In this document: positions 61,001-64,000 of the stretch, one piece after another | Layout of the letters: every line of letters starts with the position of its first letter | How positions within the stretch are numbered: position 1 is the first letter of the stretch | DNA from: Enoplolaimus lenunculus | Taxonomy: Eukaryota | Reading direction: 5' to 3' | DNA length: 64,000 nt | Assembly (NCBI GenBank): GCA_030248215.1 | Contig: JASANG010003810.1 | Coordinates: forward strand, 186,001-250,000 | Made by a program: the position numbers and the translations under genes | The notes under the pieces: generated by a model | What the model was told of the DNA's origin: nothing | The model's input: only the letters and a program-made list of their open reading frames with translations | Databases searched by the model: none

Positions 61001-63832
61001 GCAACCCAAAAAACACACCGCAATCCTTTGAAACTTGCTAATATCAAGACTGCATGATACAAGAGTGTGCAACTCATTGGGTTCCGCATGGTACAAAATG
61101 TACCACCGGGCGTTGCGTTTATGGCCGACCCCCCTTTGTTTAGAGGGGGGTTGTTGTCACATGCCATAACGCTAAATTAAACTAGAAGCGAAACAATTTT
61201 TGTTGTCAGATACTAAAAGCGTCATAGTTCGCACAGGTTGAACCCCTTTCTAAATAAGGAATGTTGGTTAAAAATGCAACACGTGCCGGGTACATTTTCT
61301 ACACCGAATGTACCCAGTTGCATGCTCTTGTTAAGAAACTAATGCAACGAACTCGTATTTACAAAACGACCCCCTCCCCGCTACATAATGAATATACAGA
61401 ATGTAACCTTTCATTTCTTCGTCAACAAATCCAACCAACGAATTTGTATACGACAGTATCCATTTGTCCATCAGAGACTCAGAAGAGACCAGTTTAGTCG
61501 AAAACTTGACGTTCTCTTCCTACAATAACGACTAACAACAGTTAGGATGTCACTATACTTTTGATAATTCACATGATATCCGCCGCTACGCATGGTAATT
61601 GGCATAAGAAGCCGCACGGTGACGCTGGACAAGTATCAAAATCACGACGTTACAGTGGCAATTCAGTAGCAAGTGTCTGCCAATATTCCCTCGAATAAAT
61701 TCTGCGGACGGTTCTTCTACTTTTGGGGCAAAAAATAAATTTTTACTCAAAAATGACTAAGGTAATAATTTCATGAGTGAAAAATTAATTCTCAAAAATC
61801 AGTACTTACACTTTCAAGCCGGTGAACATTTTGTCCCAAAAATCGATAGGCGTTGTACCACGGTAGAAATACATCCTTCAGCACGTCACGGACGCCGTTT
61901 TCGGTGAAACGCAACGTATCACCGCGTACGACTGGTGAATTGATGAGATACAACCTGAAACGGTAACGCGCTTTTACGTTTTGTTCGTTATACGAGGCGT
62001 CTCCATATAGCGGCGCCCCCAGTTTGAACTAAGGGCCTAACTAAATACCGCAGGACAAATCTCTTGCAGTATTTTTTCAAAATCGGCGCAGCCATTCGCT
62101 AAAGGTTGTCCAAACGTAACCTTTTGCAACAACAAAAAACCGAAGTTTGTTTCGAAATTGTTTATTTTTTATTTCCGCACTGTAGAAAATTTGCTAAATT
62201 TGTTCGAAAAACTGAGCACACAAAATTAAAGTACAAAAGCAAATGTTTCCGTAAAGTCAGAAATAACGTACACCACTCAGTAGCTTTATACTACCTTGCG
62301 CAAAAAATTAAAAATTCCATTACCTCAGGGCATCAGCGCCGTACTGGTTCGCAATAAGCATTGGATCTGGAAAATTTTTCTTGCGTTTACTCATTTTACT
62401 TCCATCTTCGGCGAGCACAAGGCCGTTGGCAATTAAATTTTTGAACGCTGGTTTACCGAACAATGCTGTTGACAGGACCAAGAGTGTATAGAACCTAAAA
62501 TAACTTATTAAAATTTAAACCTTTTCAATATGTTTTAACCCCTTCGCACATAGTTAGCCGTGGGCAACTCAGCGCAATGTGCATGCGTGAAATAATGTAT
62601 ACCAGCACAGTGTTTAACAATTGCAACACGTATGCGTAGTACAAAATCCTCATAATACGTAAGAGCTCTTTTTGGCACGCGTGTTAACCTAGTATAGCTG
62701 AGTGGTGTTGATAAACGTTTTCCACTCCACACTCCATGTTTCAAAACCAAGCATAAAAATTATATCTCACAGGAGAGGAAACAGAAAGTATTCATGAGAG
62801 AAAATTAAATAATACACAATTACGTACATTTTATATTTCAGTTCGTTATCGTCAAGCCTTGAAACGAACAGATGTCTAACTTTTAGCAAAGGTTCAGTAA
62901 ATGTCAAGCTAACGTCCACTAGAAACTGCAGATTTTTTAAACACATTTAACAACTATCCCAACGCACGGATTACTGATTGCTACATCAGAAAGTGCCACT
63001 AAAATTAAAAAATAATTTTCGCAACTCAAAGTTGATATAACACACACCAGCCTCTCGTTTGATCAATGCCTTCAGCGATAAAATCCGCAGGAAATATCGT
63101 TTCAAATTCAGATTTATTTTCAAACGGATAGTGTGACTGAGCATAAGGCATGCATCCAGACTCAAACCAGCAATCGAAAACTTCACTGACACGCCGCAAA
63201 AACGTCCCTGGCCTACTCCGGCTTGGAATCAATATTTCATCCACACTGAAGCAGTAAGAAAACAGCAATACGCACTCTGTGCATGCTTCAAATAATGCAA
63301 ATTATTTAGGCGACTGAAACCAAAACATAGAGCGTTAGCCATATCTGATCACAACAGTTCACCGAATATCATCTTTCTCGGTATGTCAGCCCAAGCGTAA
63401 TTCCACTCTGTACTCAAAATCTTACTTGCCAAATTACTCCTTTAACAACTTTTTTAACACATAGAAAGAAATGTAAATTCTTTTTAAATTGTTTCTTTTA
63501 ATATTCTTTTTTACAACACCGTCACACTTTAAACTGAAAAAACACATTTGGATAGATAGATTGAGAAAAAGTTGCAAGTAAAGCGTGTAGACCCCGTAGG
63601 TCGATTAAACTATGCACCATAACTTACTCCACCTACAGGTACTAATAATCAGACAAAGAAACATGGCTTATTATTTACAGCGACAGTTTGACTTACCGCA
63701 AAATGAATTAATTTAAATAAATGACCATACCAAGTATGAATTAAAAATATCTGCTAACTTGTCTCGGTGTAAATCTTCAACTTTGCTCCCAGACAATTCT
63801 TCTAGTTCGGCAATTGACCCGATGCAAACAAC
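54971..63832 (-). CDS. IARS1: Cytoplasmic isoleucyl-tRNA synthetase, 3' portion (16 exons in window; 5' exons beyond window end)
   Basis: Exons give [92 protein letters not shown] and [17 protein letters not shown]. All 15 introns are GT-AG and in phase; stop TGA at 54971-54973. Confidence 0.97.
55806..56108 (-). CDS. IARS1: IleRS exon (C-terminal extension, VQCLFG...AVVLLKNNG...ILEQ)
   Basis: GTTTAG/GTACGT, 303 nt open, phase 0->0. Confidence 0.8.
56566..56772 (-). CDS. IARS1: IleRS exon (C-terminal extension, GTVLLENP repeat 1)
   Basis: TTTCAG/GTGAGT, phase 0->0. Confidence 0.85.
56887..57069 (-). CDS. IARS1: IleRS exon ([12 protein letters not shown]...IIEEVCE)
   Basis: TTTCAG/GTAAGT, phase 0->0. 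Confidence 0.9.
57219..57314 (-). CDS. IARS1: IleRS exon ([32 protein letters not shown])
   Basis: TTTCAG/GTTCGT, phase 0->0. Confidence 0.93.
57599..57748 (-). CDS. IARS1: IleRS exon ([10 protein letters not shown]...YEANSDNN)
   Basis: TTTTAG/GTGAGT, phase 0->0. Confidence 0.9.
58341..58559 (-). CDS. IARS1: IleRS exon ([10 protein letters not shown]...YILDELNA...[13 protein letters not shown])
   Basis: TTTCAG/GTAAGT, phase 0->0. Confidence 0.93.
59056..59158 (-). CDS. IARS1: IleRS exon ([28 protein letters not shown])
   Basis: ATTCAG/GTAATT, phase 2->0. Confidence 0.93.
59500..59609 (-). CDS. IARS1: IleRS exon ([15 protein letters not shown]...SVHYLRLP)
   Basis: TTATAG/GTAAGT, phase 0->2. 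Confidence 0.93.
60080..60157 (-). CDS. IARS1: IleRS exon ([26 protein letters not shown])
   Basis: CTTTAG/GTAATT, phase 0->0. Confidence 0.92.
60666..60757 (-). CDS. IARS1: IleRS exon ([30 protein letters not shown])
   Basis: TTTCAG/GTATTA, phase 1->0. Confidence 0.95.
61408..61519 (-). CDS. IARS1: IleRS exon (EENVKF...[13 protein letters not shown])
   Basis: TTGTAG/GTTACA, phase 0->1. Confidence 0.9.
61810..61954 (-). CDS. IARS1: IleRS exon ([16 protein letters not shown]...PWYNAYRF)
   Basis: TTTCAG/GTAAGT, phase 2->0. Confidence 0.95.
62324..62494 (-). CDS. IARS1: IleRS exon containing the KMSKR class-I motif
   Basis: [44 protein letters not shown]...YGADAL; TTTTAG/GTAATG. Confidence 0.95.
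63048..63245 (-). CDS. IARS1: IleRS exon (VDEILIPS...FDCWFESG...EGIDQTRGW)
   Basis: CTTCAG acceptor, GTGTGT donor, phase 2->2. Confidence 0.95.
63759..63832 (-). CDS. IARS1: IleRS exon ([24 protein letters not shown])
   Basis: TTATAG acceptor, GTTAGC donor, phase 0->2. Confidence 0.93.
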
Positions 63833-64000
63833 CTATAAAAGAGAATGGAAAAAGCGTAGACTTAAATTTAACTAATTCTAAGATAAGCAGTACCATATAG
63901 AGCCCTTCACGAAAATTTTGCTGCATATGCCCTGGGTCTCGAACGCACGACTTACGGATTACCGATCTGCTAAACCATATGAACCAAAGAACACGTAAAG

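Noticed and set aside
61545..61730. GC-richer intronic island in IleRS as a snoRNA
   Set aside because: No convincing C/D or H/ACA box arrangement found by eye.
1..64000. Autonomous transposase for any MITE family
   Set aside because: No ORF or recognisable DDE fragment found in the window.

Overview
AT-rich eukaryotic genomic DNA, most likely a nematode with a large repeat-rich genome (inferred from TTAGGC telomere-type repeats, TTTCAG/TTTTAG splice acceptors and an UNC-7/UNC-9/INX-1-like innexin). Two spliced genes converge. (1) A + strand innexin has core exons at 30374/30484-30597, 32116-32380 and 34020-36490, and a ~570-aa low-complexity C-terminal tail. Two candidate upstream exons (634-974, 1595-1798) splice in frame to it across a ~28.6-kb intron. 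(2) The 3' part of cytoplasmic isoleucyl-tRNA synthetase lies on the - strand: 16 exons from 63832 to the stop at 54971, with the 5' part outside the window. A possible 215-aa orphan ORF lies at 41502-42149. The rest is saturated with non-autonomous DNA transposons (MITEs). The most striking is a family of roughly 35 copies/fragments with GGCC termini, 8-bp target-site duplications (Merlin-like) and an internal telomeric (TTAGGC)n core. There are also CACTG/2-bp-TSD families, hAT-like and Tc1/pogo-like families, and several satellites. One satellite grows out of an innexin splice donor, and a 67-bp array has higher-order structure. I recognised no transposase, rRNA, intact tRNA or CRISPR. Superfamily and organism calls come from structural hallmarks only; no database searches were run, and copy counts are by eye.
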